This document shows positions 19,605 through 27,877 of a DNA stretch of 35,411 nucleotides, piece by piece. The DNA is taken from IMG/VR virus record IMGVR_UViG_2654587746_000006, positions 1 through 35,411 of that record; one strand, written 5' to 3'. Numbering within the stretch: the stretch's first letter is position 1; every line of letters begins with the position of its first letter. The DNA comes from a virus (lineage: Duplodnaviria > Heunggongvirae > Uroviricota > Caudoviricetes). A program made the translations under genes and the position numbers. The notes below the pieces were generated by a model. The model had not been told where the DNA came from and ran no database searches. It saw only the letters and a program-made list of their open reading frames with translations.

Positions 19605-20255
19605 TCAGCGGCTGTCATTGCGCAGTCTGCGCTCCAGCTGCTGTTTGTCTTTTTTCACGCCACAGCGGGGATCGAGCTGTAACGCATGGTTGAGATGATT
19701 AAGGGCGGAAGCCGGATTGCTTTCACTCAGGACAGCGCCAATCGCTTTATGCAGACGCGCCCGTGACTGGTCCGGCATATCCAGACCGTCTGTCAGCTCC
19801 AGCGTCTGCAACAACAGATCGGCATCAAAGCCGGTGGCGGCAAGCATTGCGCTCTGCGCGGCGTCTGCCATTTCCTCTGCCAGCACGGTCTGCACGTTGC
19901 GGTTACCCAGCGGCATCACCCAGCTATGACGCAGGGCATGACGCCCGATCTCCAGCGCCCCGGCATAATCTCCGGCATCAATGCGCCACAGCATCACGTA
20001 CATCAGCACGTCATCCTGTTGAGCGCCTCCGGCAGCCAGGACCCCCTCTGCCCAGGCGGCGTACTTCGGTAGCAGCTCCACCTTGATTTCCGCTTTTTTG
20101 ACCGTGGACTGAACGCCCTTGAGACGGCGGCGGTCTTCCGCCAGTTGCAACAGCATCAGGTCATAGCCCGATGCGTGGCGAACACTGCCGCCCTCGCGGG
20201 CGGCCTGTTCAGCCTGAACGCGCAGGCGATGCTGCCGTGCGGGACTCAGGCTCAT
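19605..20255 (-). CDS. Terminase small (endonuclease) subunit, P2 gpM-like
   Basis: 216-aa ORF in the O-N-M-L capsid operon. Confidence 0.85.
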   Translation of the reverse strand: MSLSPARQHRLRVQAEQAAREGGSVRHASGYDLMLLQLAEDRRRLKGVQSTVKKAEIKVELLPKYAAWAEGVLAAGGAQQDDVLMYVMLWRIDAGDYAGALEIGRHALRHSWVMPLGNRNVQTVLAEEMADAAQSAMLAATGFDADLLLQTLELTDGLDMPDQSRARLHKAIGAVLSESNPASALNHLNHALQLDPRCGVKKDKQQLERRLRNDSR

Positions 20256-20258
20256 GGA

Positions 20259-21317
20259 TTACGCTCCGGTTTCGGCTGCGGCGGCGCTGAAATCACCAAT
20301 CTGGATGTTTTCCACCAGTGCGGCGCAGCGGTAGTCCTCAACCACATAGGCTTCATTAACGGATTCAAAGTTTTCAATCCGGTCACGTTTCGGGTTGTCG
20401 ATAACTGAACGGCGGCGGGTGTCTTCCTGCCAGTAGATGGACAAGTTATCCAGACGGGTGATCAGCAGCGCATTCGGCGGGAAGAACGGCGCACGCACGG
20501 CCTGCAGACCGCCCATGCGTTTCTGACTGATAATCATATCGGCTGCCAGTTTTTCACTGTTTTCCTGCTCTTTGTTGACCAGCGGGAAATACTTGTCAGA
20601 CAGCAGTTCACGACCGCAAATCACCACCAGATCGTCATCGTCCTGGTAGACCACGTCGATAAGCTCATTGACCGCATCCATCACCACAGCGTCCAGGTTG
20701 GCATATTCGCCACCTTTCCCGACTTTCACCGCACCCGGTGTGGTTTCACCACCCGTGGTGGTGCTGCCCATGACGTGATCCGGTGCATCCTCACGGATTT
20801 TCTGCAGCCAGCCTTTATTCACATCCTGCAGCAGCGGGTTTTCGCTACGGTTGGAGGTTTTCGCACGCTTCACGCCGTTAAAGCCGATCATGATGCGGTC
20901 CAGTGCCTGACGTTTCACGATGGCGTCACGGATACGCACCTGGAAATCCTGAAACTTCGCCCACAGGTCCAGCTTCGCGTAGGTCAGTACCGTGTCAAAG
21001 TTGGTCTGCTCGCATTTGTATTCCACATCGACCATCAGCGTAGGATCGACAGGTTCACGCTCTTTCGCGGTGGTGTCAGTGGTTCCGGCAATGGTGCTAC
21101 CAACACCCAACCCCAGCAGCTGACCGGACTGCTCAGTCACTGGCGTGACGTTAATCAGCGTCAGGAAAGCGGCGGACTGCTGGATCTGGTCTTCCAGCGT
21201 CTGCTGTACAGACGGCTCCACGGTGAACTTGCTGGACAGTTCTTCAACTGCCACACCGTTCAGACGCGCCAGCTGCTGCAGGTAAGCGTTAAAAGCAAAG
21301 CGGGTATTCTTCTTCAT
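20259..21317 (-). CDS. Major capsid protein, P2 gpN-like
   Basis: 352-aa ORF between scaffold and small terminase. Confidence 0.9.
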   Translation of the reverse strand: MKKNTRFAFNAYLQQLARLNGVAVEELSSKFTVEPSVQQTLEDQIQQSAAFLTLINVTPVTEQSGQLLGLGVGSTIAGTTDTTAKEREPVDPTLMVDVEYKCEQTNFDTVLTYAKLDLWAKFQDFQVRIRDAIVKRQALDRIMIGFNGVKRAKTSNRSENPLLQDVNKGWLQKIREDAPDHVMGSTTTGGETTPGAVKVGKGGEYANLDAVVMDAVNELIDVVYQDDDDLVVICGRELLSDKYFPLVNKEQENSEKLAADMIISQKRMGGLQAVRAPFFPPNALLITRLDNLSIYWQEDTRRRSVIDNPKRDRIENFESVNEAYVVEDYRCAALVENIQIGDFSAAAAETGA

Positions 21318-21333
21318 CAGGTTTTGTGCTCCA

Positions 21334-22167
21334 TCAGCAATTGGTCAGAGTGTCAGCGGGGGCGTTACCGCCTGTTGCACGCTGGCGGTAGTCCTGGCGG
21401 CTGTCTTCATGACTCAGCTTATTCACCAGTTCTTTAAAGGCGGTTTGCTGCTCCTGCAGAGCAGTCTCCAGCTCAGACAGGCGTTCTTCCTGTTCAGCCA
21501 GGGATTTTTCGGTGCGTGTGCTCAGGTTCTGCTGCTCAGTGGCGACCAGCTCCACGGCCTTATGCACATCAGAGAACCGGGCATCGTCTGACTGCTCTTT
21601 TTTGGTGAACAGCGCCGTGACGCGGGCAAACAGGGATGGTTTGTCATCCTGGACTTCTTCCAGTTCGATCACCGTTTCCTCTGCAGCGGTAAAAAGATTG
21701 GCGGGATTCTGCTTGCGGTTTGCCAACGGGTTATGGGCTGCACTGGCGCTGAATGTCAGCATTTCCGTACCCAGACTGGCTGGATCATCAGTGGCAGCCA
21801 GGCCAACCAGGTAGGCTTTGCCCGTATCAGCGAACTTCGGGCTGACTTCCATAGAGGTGAATAATTTCTGGCCTTTTTTCACCAGCTCCACCAGGGACTC
21901 CGTTGGCTCAACGTCGGCATACAGCGCCATCTTGCCTGCCAGCGGGCCTTCCGTGATTTCTTCAGCAAACAGCGCCGTCACCTTGCCGTAGCGGTTAAAG
22001 GTGCTGTCCGGCAGATAAGACTTGATGTGCTCAAGGTTAATCAGCGCGGTATACACTGCGGGGTTGTAGCTGGCTGCCATCTGTTCCAGCCATTCACGCT
22101 GGATTTCGCGTCCGTCGGTGGTGGCACCTTCCACCCCGATGCGAAAACGCTTTGCTTTCACTGTCAT
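21334..22167 (-). CDS. Capsid scaffolding protein, P2 gpO-like
   Basis: 277-aa acidic, helix-rich ORF heading the capsid operon, divergent from terminase. Confidence 0.85.
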   Translation of the reverse strand: MTVKAKRFRIGVEGATTDGREIQREWLEQMAASYNPAVYTALINLEHIKSYLPDSTFNRYGKVTALFAEEITEGPLAGKMALYADVEPTESLVELVKKGQKLFTSMEVSPKFADTGKAYLVGLAATDDPASLGTEMLTFSASAAHNPLANRKQNPANLFTAAEETVIELEEVQDDKPSLFARVTALFTKKEQSDDARFSDVHKAVELVATEQQNLSTRTEKSLAEQEERLSELETALQEQQTAFKELVNKLSHEDSRQDYRQRATGGNAPADTLTNC

Positions 22168-22245
22168 GAGCCGTGCTCCGTTAGAAAAAACTTACTGGAG
22201 CCTTATGGTTGCGGTGATGAGGGCAGTGAAACAATGCGCGGTATT

Positions 22246-22263
22246 TGTACCGACAACCACACA
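22246..22263. promoter_or_regulatory. Ogr/B-type late-promoter activator site (TGT-N12-ACA) in the divergent scaffold/terminase intergenic region
   Basis: Perfect tgt-accgacaaccac-aca; a second imperfect site (gat-N12-aca, ~22216-22233) lies ~30 bp away; which dyad serves which strand is unresolved. Confidence 0.5.
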
Positions 22264-22309
22264 AACCGCAGGCGGGGAAAGCCTTCATTCAAGACTGTAG
22301 GTTTGTGCC

Positions 22310-24076
22310 ATGAACACCACACTGACACCCGCAGATCTCGATCCCCGTCGGCAGGCCATGCTGCTGTACTTTCAGGGATACCGCGTAGCCCGCATTGCTG
22401 AAATGCTGGGCGAGAAAGTTGCAACCGTTCACAGCTGGAAAAAACGCGACAAGTGGGGTGACTATGGGCCGCTGGATCAGATGCAGCTCACCACCGCCGC
22501 ACGCTACTGCCAGCTCATCATGAAGGAGCACAAAGAAGGGAAAGATTTCAAAGAGATTGACCTGCTGGCGCGCCAGTCTGAGCGCCACGCGCGGATCGGC
22601 AAATTTAACAATGGCGGCAACGAAGCCGACTTAAACCCTAACGTCGCCAACCGCAACAAAGGCCCGCGCCGTCAGCCGGAAAAAAATGTCTTCACCGATG
22701 AACAGATTGAGAAGCTGGAAGAAATCTTCCATTCCTCCATGTTCAACTACCAGCGCCACTGGTGGGAAGCCGGAAAAACCAACCGCATCCGCAACCTGCT
22801 GAAGTCACGCCAGATCGGCGCGACCTTTTACTTTGCCCGTGAAGCCCTGATTGACGCCCTGCTTACCGGGCGTAACCAGATTTTCCTTTCCGCCAGTAAG
22901 GCACAGGCCCACGTCTTTAAGCAGTACATCATCGACTTCGCCAAAGAAGTGGAGGTGGAGCTGAAAGGCGATCCGATGGTGCTTCCTAACGGGGCCACGC
23001 TTTACTTCCTCGGCACCAATGCCCGCACGGCCCAGAGTTATCACGGCAACCTGTATCTGGATGAATATTTCTGGATACCGAAATTTCAGGAGCTACGCAA
23101 AGTGGCTTCCGGTATGGCTATTCACAAGAAATGGCGGCAGACCTATTTTTCCACACCATCTAGTCTGACCCACAGTGCTTATCCGTTCTGGTCCGGTGCG
23201 CTGTTCAACCGTGGGCGCAACAAAGCTGACAAGGTGGACATCGACCTGTCCCACAGCAATCTGGCCCCCGGCCTGCTGTGCGCAGACGGGCAATACCGCC
23301 AGATAGTCACCGTGGAAGATGCGGTGCGCGGCGGCTGTAACCTGTTCGACCTCGACCAGTTGCGCATGGAGTACAGCCCGGACGAATACCAGAACCTGCT
23401 GATGTGTGAGTTCGTAGACGATCTCGCGTCCGTGTTCCCGCTCAGCGAGCTGCAGGCGTGCATGGTGGACAGCTGGGAAGTCTGGACCGACTTTCATGCA
23501 CTGGCCCTGCGCCCGTTTGGCTGGCGCGAGGTGTGGATCGGTTATGACCCGGCAAAAGGTACGCAGAACGGCGACAGTGCCGGATGCGTGGTGGTGGCAC
23601 CGCCAGCCGTGCCGGGCGGCAAGTTCCGCATTCTTGAGCGTCACCAGTGGCGCGGGATGGACTTTCGCGCCCAAGCTGACGCCATCAAAAAACTGACCGA
23701 ACAGTACAACGTGACCTATATCGGCATCGACTCAACCGGCGTTGGTCACGGGGTTTATGAGAACGTGAAAGCGTTCTTTCCTGCCGTCCGGGAGTTTGTC
23801 TACAATCCCAATGTTAAAAACGCCCTGGTACTCAAGGCCTACGACATTATCAGCCACCGCCGTCTGGAGTTTGACGCCGGGCACACCGACATTGCGCAGT
23901 CATTCATGGCAATCCGTCGCGCCACCACCGCCAGCGGCAACCGCCCGACCTATGAAGCCAGCCGCAGCGAAGAAGCCAGCCACGCCGATCTGGCCTGGGC
24001 AACGATGCACGCACTGTTTAACGAACCGCTGCAGGGCGAATCCGCCAATACCAGCAATATTGTGGAGATTTTTTGA
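22310..24076 (+). CDS. Terminase large (ATPase) subunit, P2 gpP-like
   Basis: 588-aa ORF divergent from capsid operon and followed by overlapping portal gene. Confidence 0.9.
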   Translation: MNTTLTPADLDPRRQAMLLYFQGYRVARIAEMLGEKVATVHSWKKRDKWGDYGPLDQMQLTTAARYCQLIMKEHKEGKDFKEIDLLARQSERHARIGKFNNGGNEADLNPNVANRNKGPRRQPEKNVFTDEQIEKLEEIFHSSMFNYQRHWWEAGKTNRIRNLLKSRQIGATFYFAREALIDALLTGRNQIFLSASKAQAHVFKQYIIDFAKEVEVELKGDPMVLPNGATLYFLGTNARTAQSYHGNLYLDEYFWIPKFQELRKVASGMAIHKKWRQTYFSTPSSLTHSAYPFWSGALFNRGRNKADKVDIDLSHSNLAPGLLCADGQYRQIVTVEDAVRGGCNLFDLDQLRMEYSPDEYQNLLMCEFVDDLASVFPLSELQACMVDSWEVWTDFHALALRPFGWREVWIGYDPAKGTQNGDSAGCVVVAPPAVPGGKFRILERHQWRGMDFRAQADAIKKLTEQYNVTYIGIDSTGVGHGVYENVKAFFPAVREFVYNPNVKNALVLKAYDIISHRRLEFDAGHTDIAQSFMAIRRATTASGNRPTYEASRSEEASHADLAWATMHALFNEPLQGESANTSNIVEIF

Positions 24077-25107
24077 TGGGAAAGAGTAAGAAAAACCGCG
24101 CTGCGGCGACGAATCAGCTCAAGCATAAAAGCCAGACTTCAGCCGAAGCATTCAGCTTTGGCGATCCCGTTCCTGTTCTGGACCGCCGTGAACTGCTGGA
24201 CTATGTGGAATGCGTACAGATGGACCGCTGGTATGAGCCGCCCGTCAGCTTTGACGGACTGGCACGAACCTTCCGCGCTGCCGTGCATCACAGCTCACCG
24301 ATTGCAGTAAAATGCAACATTCTGACCAGTACCTACATCCCTCACCCGCTGCTCAGCCAGCAGGCTTTTTCACGTTTTGTGCAGGACTATCTGGTATTTG
24401 GTAACGCCTACCTGGAGAAACGCACGAACCGCTTCGGTGAAGTTATCGCCCTTGAGCCTGCTCTGGCAAAATACACCCGACGCGGGTTAGACCTGGATAC
24501 CTACTGGTTTGTGCAATACGGTATGACAACCCAGCCGTATCAGTTCACGAAAGGCAGCATTTTTCATCTGATGGAACCGGACATTAACCAGGAGATCTAC
24601 GGCCTACCCGGCTATCTTTCTGCCATTCCGTCCGCCCTGCTCAATGAGTCCGCCACGCTGTTCCGCCGCAAGTATTACATTAACGGTAGTCATGCAGGCT
24701 TCATCATGTACATGACCGATGCTGCGCAGAACCAGGAGGACGTGAACAACCTCCGCAATGCAATGAAAAGTGCCAAAGGTCCGGGTAACTTCCGCAACCT
24801 GTTTATGTACTCGCCTAACGGCAAAAAGGACGGCCTTCAGATCATCCCTTTGTCAGAAGTTGCGGCGAAGGATGAGTTTCTAAATATCAAGAACGTGAGC
24901 CGGGATGACATGATGGCAGCACATCGCGTTCCGCCACAGATGATGGGGATAATGCCAAATAATGTCGGGGGATTTGGGGATGTGGAAAAGGCTAGTAAAG
25001 TATTCGTAAGAAACGAATTGATATCAATGCAAAAACGGATCAAGGAGATTAATGTCTGGTTAGGTACAGATATTATCGCATTTACAGAATATAACTTAGA
25101 TATGTAA
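24073..25107 (+). CDS. Portal protein, P2 gpQ-like
   Basis: 344-aa ORF overlapping terminase stop (ATGA); last ~50 codons look AT-rich by eye. Confidence 0.9.
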   Translation: MMGKSKKNRAAATNQLKHKSQTSAEAFSFGDPVPVLDRRELLDYVECVQMDRWYEPPVSFDGLARTFRAAVHHSSPIAVKCNILTSTYIPHPLLSQQAFSRFVQDYLVFGNAYLEKRTNRFGEVIALEPALAKYTRRGLDLDTYWFVQYGMTTQPYQFTKGSIFHLMEPDINQEIYGLPGYLSAIPSALLNESATLFRRKYYINGSHAGFIMYMTDAAQNQEDVNNLRNAMKSAKGPGNFRNLFMYSPNGKKDGLQIIPLSEVAAKDEFLNIKNVSRDDMMAAHRVPPQMMGIMPNNVGGFGDVEKASKVFVRNELISMQKRIKEINVWLGTDIIAFTEYNLDM

Positions 25108-25123
25108 TCGTCCCACAATACAA

Positions 25124-25145
25124 GGCAAAGAGCATACTCTTTGCC
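25124..25145. terminator. Bidirectional hairpin terminator between convergent portal and RT genes
   Basis: Perfect 9-bp stem ggcaaagag / ctctttgcc with 4-nt loop, between portal stop (25107) and RT stop (25157). Confidence 0.6.
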
Positions 25146-25156
25146 TGTGATTACAG

Positions 25157-26914
25157 TTATACTTTGCACCTCTTTGAATAATCTGCAATAATTTCCTCAA
25201 TACCATCAAAAATAACTTTAAACTTTTCAAAACTAATTGTTTTACAATTTGCCTTTATAACCTTTGTTGAAAACACATGCTTACCATATTCTGTTTTTGT
25301 ATCCGTATCATTAGATTTATTAAATGTCTTTCCATCAAGCACCGTTGATAGTACCGTGCTATCAAATAAATCCTCCATACAAGACTCTTTCCCTCCAGGA
25401 AGCAATGGTGTTAATAACAAATAGAGATTGTCAAATATGTGGGTATACCTTGCCTTACGAATAGTATCAACATCATTTGGACAATTTTTTACTTTATCCT
25501 TTAAGTGATTTAATAAATCTTTAGGGCCTGAGTCATTATCAAGAAGCATAATAACAGGGTGCTTTGGTTTAAATTTCTCGAACCTCTTTTTTTGTTCTTG
25601 GTATCTTAATATAAATCTTTTGAAGTCTGTAGCACCGCCAGAAATGTCAAGAAAATAGCTTGTTTTTTCAGTTGCTTTAAAAAAATTAACACGATACTCA
25701 TTTTTAGAGCTATCATCAGAAGAATTAAACAATAAAGGATATGAATTCGCCAATGACTTCAAAGCACACTTTAAATATACACGGTCTGTTTTACCCTCAG
25801 TGAGTATTGTTGGCATTTCCATTCCATGAAAATTTTTATAGTATAGAAAATAACTGTAGGCTTTTTCTCTCGAATTCAATTTTGCAGTGTAGTTTAATCC
25901 ATGATTTACACTTTGGTACTTTTCCAACTGTCTTGCGTTCTTTAGTTTTAAATTATTATATTTATCTATTGAGTCAATAAATCCAAAACGGCCTTCTAAT
26001 TTAGCACATGTACCTTTTTCAATCTTTCCTGATTCAGTAACAATAACAAAAGAACCATCTTTATAAAGAGAATGAGCCATGGCACGCGTTACTTTTGCAT
26101 ATTCTTTGCCAACATTCACTTTTTTATTAACAGTCAACCCAGTAACATCTTGTCGTGATGTTTTATAACAAACCCTTGTCTTTTTATCATTTATTTTAAA
26201 GCCAGCCTTTATAATCTCTTTAATTAAAGTTGGACTTAGGGTTACAGACTCTCCGCCAACATCAGCAATCTCTTTTGGAAATGTTTTTTTATTAGTTGAA
26301 AATGTAAGATCATCAGCATACCGTGAATAATTGCATCCGTATTTCTTTGCTAACTTTGATAATCTTATATCAAGAATTCCACTGATTAAGTTACTTATAA
26401 TTGGAGAGCATGGGCTTCCTTGAGGAAGTCCATTCTGAAAACATGCAATTTGTGCGATCGTTGTAGCAACAGTATTATTTAATCTAAAATCTCTGTTTGA
26501 TAAGAAAAAACCTCTAACACGTCCAAAATTAAAACTATCAAAATAATCCTCAAGGTCTATATTTAGTAGTAGCGTTTTACCTCTATGCCGTTCAGCATTC
26601 GTAATAATTGACTTTTCTTTTTCAAACCCATGAGATAAAACTGGATTAATATTATATTTTTTATAAATTTCCGCACGACATAAATATAAAACATCAGCTA
26701 ATCTACGTTGAATATCTTTGAGCTTAGTGGTAGGTGCTGATATGACTCTCGGCGCTCCGTTTTTTTTAGGGATAGTAAATTGTGTATACTGCGTTTCAGC
26801 TTTTAAACGATAAATAACATCCGTAAGAAAAGCAGTTTTAAGATTCAAGATACTAGCCAAATCTTGCCTGTTAGCAGCGTTTTGTAAACGTTCTAAAATT
26901 GATAGGGGTGCCAT
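25157..26914 (-). CDS. ret: Retron-type reverse transcriptase with C-terminal TOPRIM-like domain
   Basis: 585 aa; RT motifs NAERH (NAxxH), LLNIDLEDYFDS, QGSPCSP, YADD, VTG; C-terminal ~220 aa with TOPRIM-like Glu (ILTEGKTD) and DxD (LLDNDSG); AT-rich; preceded by msr/msd-like region. Confidence 0.9.
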   Translation of the reverse strand: MAPLSILERLQNAANRQDLASILNLKTAFLTDVIYRLKAETQYTQFTIPKKNGAPRVISAPTTKLKDIQRRLADVLYLCRAEIYKKYNINPVLSHGFEKEKSIITNAERHRGKTLLLNIDLEDYFDSFNFGRVRGFFLSNRDFRLNNTVATTIAQIACFQNGLPQGSPCSPIISNLISGILDIRLSKLAKKYGCNYSRYADDLTFSTNKKTFPKEIADVGGESVTLSPTLIKEIIKAGFKINDKKTRVCYKTSRQDVTGLTVNKKVNVGKEYAKVTRAMAHSLYKDGSFVIVTESGKIEKGTCAKLEGRFGFIDSIDKYNNLKLKNARQLEKYQSVNHGLNYTAKLNSREKAYSYFLYYKNFHGMEMPTILTEGKTDRVYLKCALKSLANSYPLLFNSSDDSSKNEYRVNFFKATEKTSYFLDISGGATDFKRFILRYQEQKKRFEKFKPKHPVIMLLDNDSGPKDLLNHLKDKVKNCPNDVDTIRKARYTHIFDNLYLLLTPLLPGGKESCMEDLFDSTVLSTVLDGKTFNKSNDTDTKTEYGKHVFSTKVIKANCKTISFEKFKVIFDGIEEIIADYSKRCKV

Positions 26915-26949
26915 ATCTAAAAATCAACCTTGATTATCAGTTAGGGTAG

Positions 26950-26962
26950 GCACATGTAGGCA
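26950..26962. repeat. Retron inverted repeat a2 (gcacatgtaggca on + strand)
   Basis: Perfect reverse complement of 27068-27080. Confidence 0.7.
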
Positions 26963-27067
26963 CTCTTACGCAAAGCATAGGACAGCCCAAGAATGGCTAC
27001 AAGGATGTCAGAAGGCGAATCCATCTAACATTTAGATCACTGATTGCGATACCACAACCAACAAATC

Positions 27068-27080
27068 TGCCTACATGTGC
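27068..27080. repeat. Retron inverted repeat a1 (tgcctacatgtgc on + strand)
   Basis: Perfect reverse complement of 26950-26962. Confidence 0.7.
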
Positions 27081-27159
27081 ATGCTTAAGCTACCATGATC
27101 ATTTAAGAATGTGAAGAACCGTTAACAGTTTTGAAAGAGCCAGATCATAGCATTGCGCG

Positions 27160-27190
27160 CGCTCGTATCCCCGCCACGCCTGCCCGCTTT
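27160..27190 (-). other. Candidate cos (cohesive-end) site of the P2/186-like phage
   Basis: Minus strand reads GGCGTGGCGGGGA..., resembling my recollection of P2/186 cohesive ends (GGCGAGGCGGGGAAAGCAC type); oriented toward the portal gene. Confidence 0.45.
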
Positions 27191-27225
27191 ATGTAGTGGT
27201 TTTCATGCACCTGCATGATCTACAC

Positions 27226-27250
27226 AAAAGCCCGCCAGTTCTGGCAGGCC
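27226..27250 (-). terminator. Candidate terminator of the SOS-controlled operon
   Basis: Imperfect GC-rich hairpin gcccgccag..ctggcaggc followed on the minus strand by tttt. Confidence 0.4.
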
Positions 27251-27383
27251 TTAGCAAAAACGATCCTCAAACGATCATGCGATCTCATGCGGCATAGACA
27301 TGCACCACAGAGCTAACGCCTCGCACAGCTCGTTGTTCAACCTTGCTGACGCCAGAAGCAAGTTCAGACGCCAGCAACGTTTC

Positions 27384-27617
27384 TTAATGCAGCCAGCTGT
27401 CGTCTTCCCACACCTTCTGCATAATTTTCATCACTTGCTTCCTTTCTTCGTCCAGTTGCAGTCCGGTCAGTTCCACACCGTTAGAGCTACCTTTGCGGAT
27501 ACGAATTACCGTTTTGGGATACAGGGGGCGCAGATTACGGTAAAGCTCGGATTCAAGGGCGTCTAGGGTAGACTGGCTAATCTTCTGCTCTTTATCGATC
27601 ATTATTTCAATGCGCAT
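27384..27617 (-). CDS. dinI: DinI-like protein (DNA-damage-inducible protein I family)
   Basis: ~78 aa from Met MRIEIMIDKEQ... with GAGGTG RBS; resembles E. coli DinI (MRIEV... WE..D.W); ORF track extends 24 codons upstream. Confidence 0.8.
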   Translation of the reverse strand: MRIEIMIDKEQKISQSTLDALESELYRNLRPLYPKTVIRIRKGSSNGVELTGLQLDEERKQVMKIMQKVWEDDSWLH

Positions 27618-27627
27618 AAAAGTCACC

Positions 27628-27816
27628 TCAACTGATGACATCCATTGAGCGGTTGTATTCGTGGGTTCTGATTTTTGCCATGAGTTCATCTGTTAGTTCA
27701 GAAACCCACTGTAAAGCCAGCCCCTTCTCTTCATCACTACACTCACTAGCCGCTACAAGCTTAAGAAAAAAATCAATGCGCTGGAGCTTCAAAGACTCCA
27801 AAAAATAGTCCTGCAT
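27628..27816 (-). CDS. Small hypothetical protein, first gene of LexA-box operon (possible Tum-like antirepressor module)
   Basis: 62 aa from Met MQDYFLESLK... with AGGAGG RBS 4 nt upstream; directly downstream of SOS box; overlaps dinI-like start by ~11 nt. Confidence 0.5.
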   Translation of the reverse strand: MQDYFLESLKLQRIDFFLKLVAASECSDEEKGLALQWVSELTDELMAKIRTHEYNRSMDVIS

Positions 27817-27857
27817 CTTTCCTCCTATGACACCACAAGAAATACTGTATACATAAC

Positions 27858-27877
27858 CACTGTTTATAATTACAGTA
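27858..27877 (-). promoter_or_regulatory. LexA (SOS) box overlapping a sigma70-like promoter
   Basis: CTGT-ttataatt-ACAG (27860-27875) fits CTGT-N8-ACAG; minus strand shows TTTACA - 17 nt - TACTGT -35/-10 candidates overlapping the box. Confidence 0.6.

Larger units (their letters stand above)
26950..27080 (-). ncRNA. msr-msd: Retron msr/msd (template for msDNA), bounded by a1/a2 inverted repeats
   Basis: ~131-nt non-coding stretch immediately upstream of RT, flanked by a perfect 13-bp inverted repeat; internal small hairpin atctaa-cat-ttagat; exact msr/msd boundaries and branching G not resolved. Confidence 0.65.

Noticed and set aside
25157-26914. Alternative readings of the RT as a group II intron maturase or a diversity-generating retroelement RT
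   Set aside because: No intron-like domains or flanking exon context; no template/variable repeat pair and the RT is far from the tail-fibre gene; retron-specific NAxxH and VTG motifs plus a1/a2 repeats are present
25108-27383. P2-type old/tin exclusion genes
   Set aside because: No ORF with an OLD-type ATPase or Tin-like protein is present; the slot is occupied by the retron
27384-27816. Reading the small ORF and the DinI-like ORF as one gene disrupted by a frameshift
   Set aside because: Each ORF has its own well-spaced Shine-Dalgarno sequence and the overlap is the short type typical of translational coupling; a frameshift remains possible but is not required
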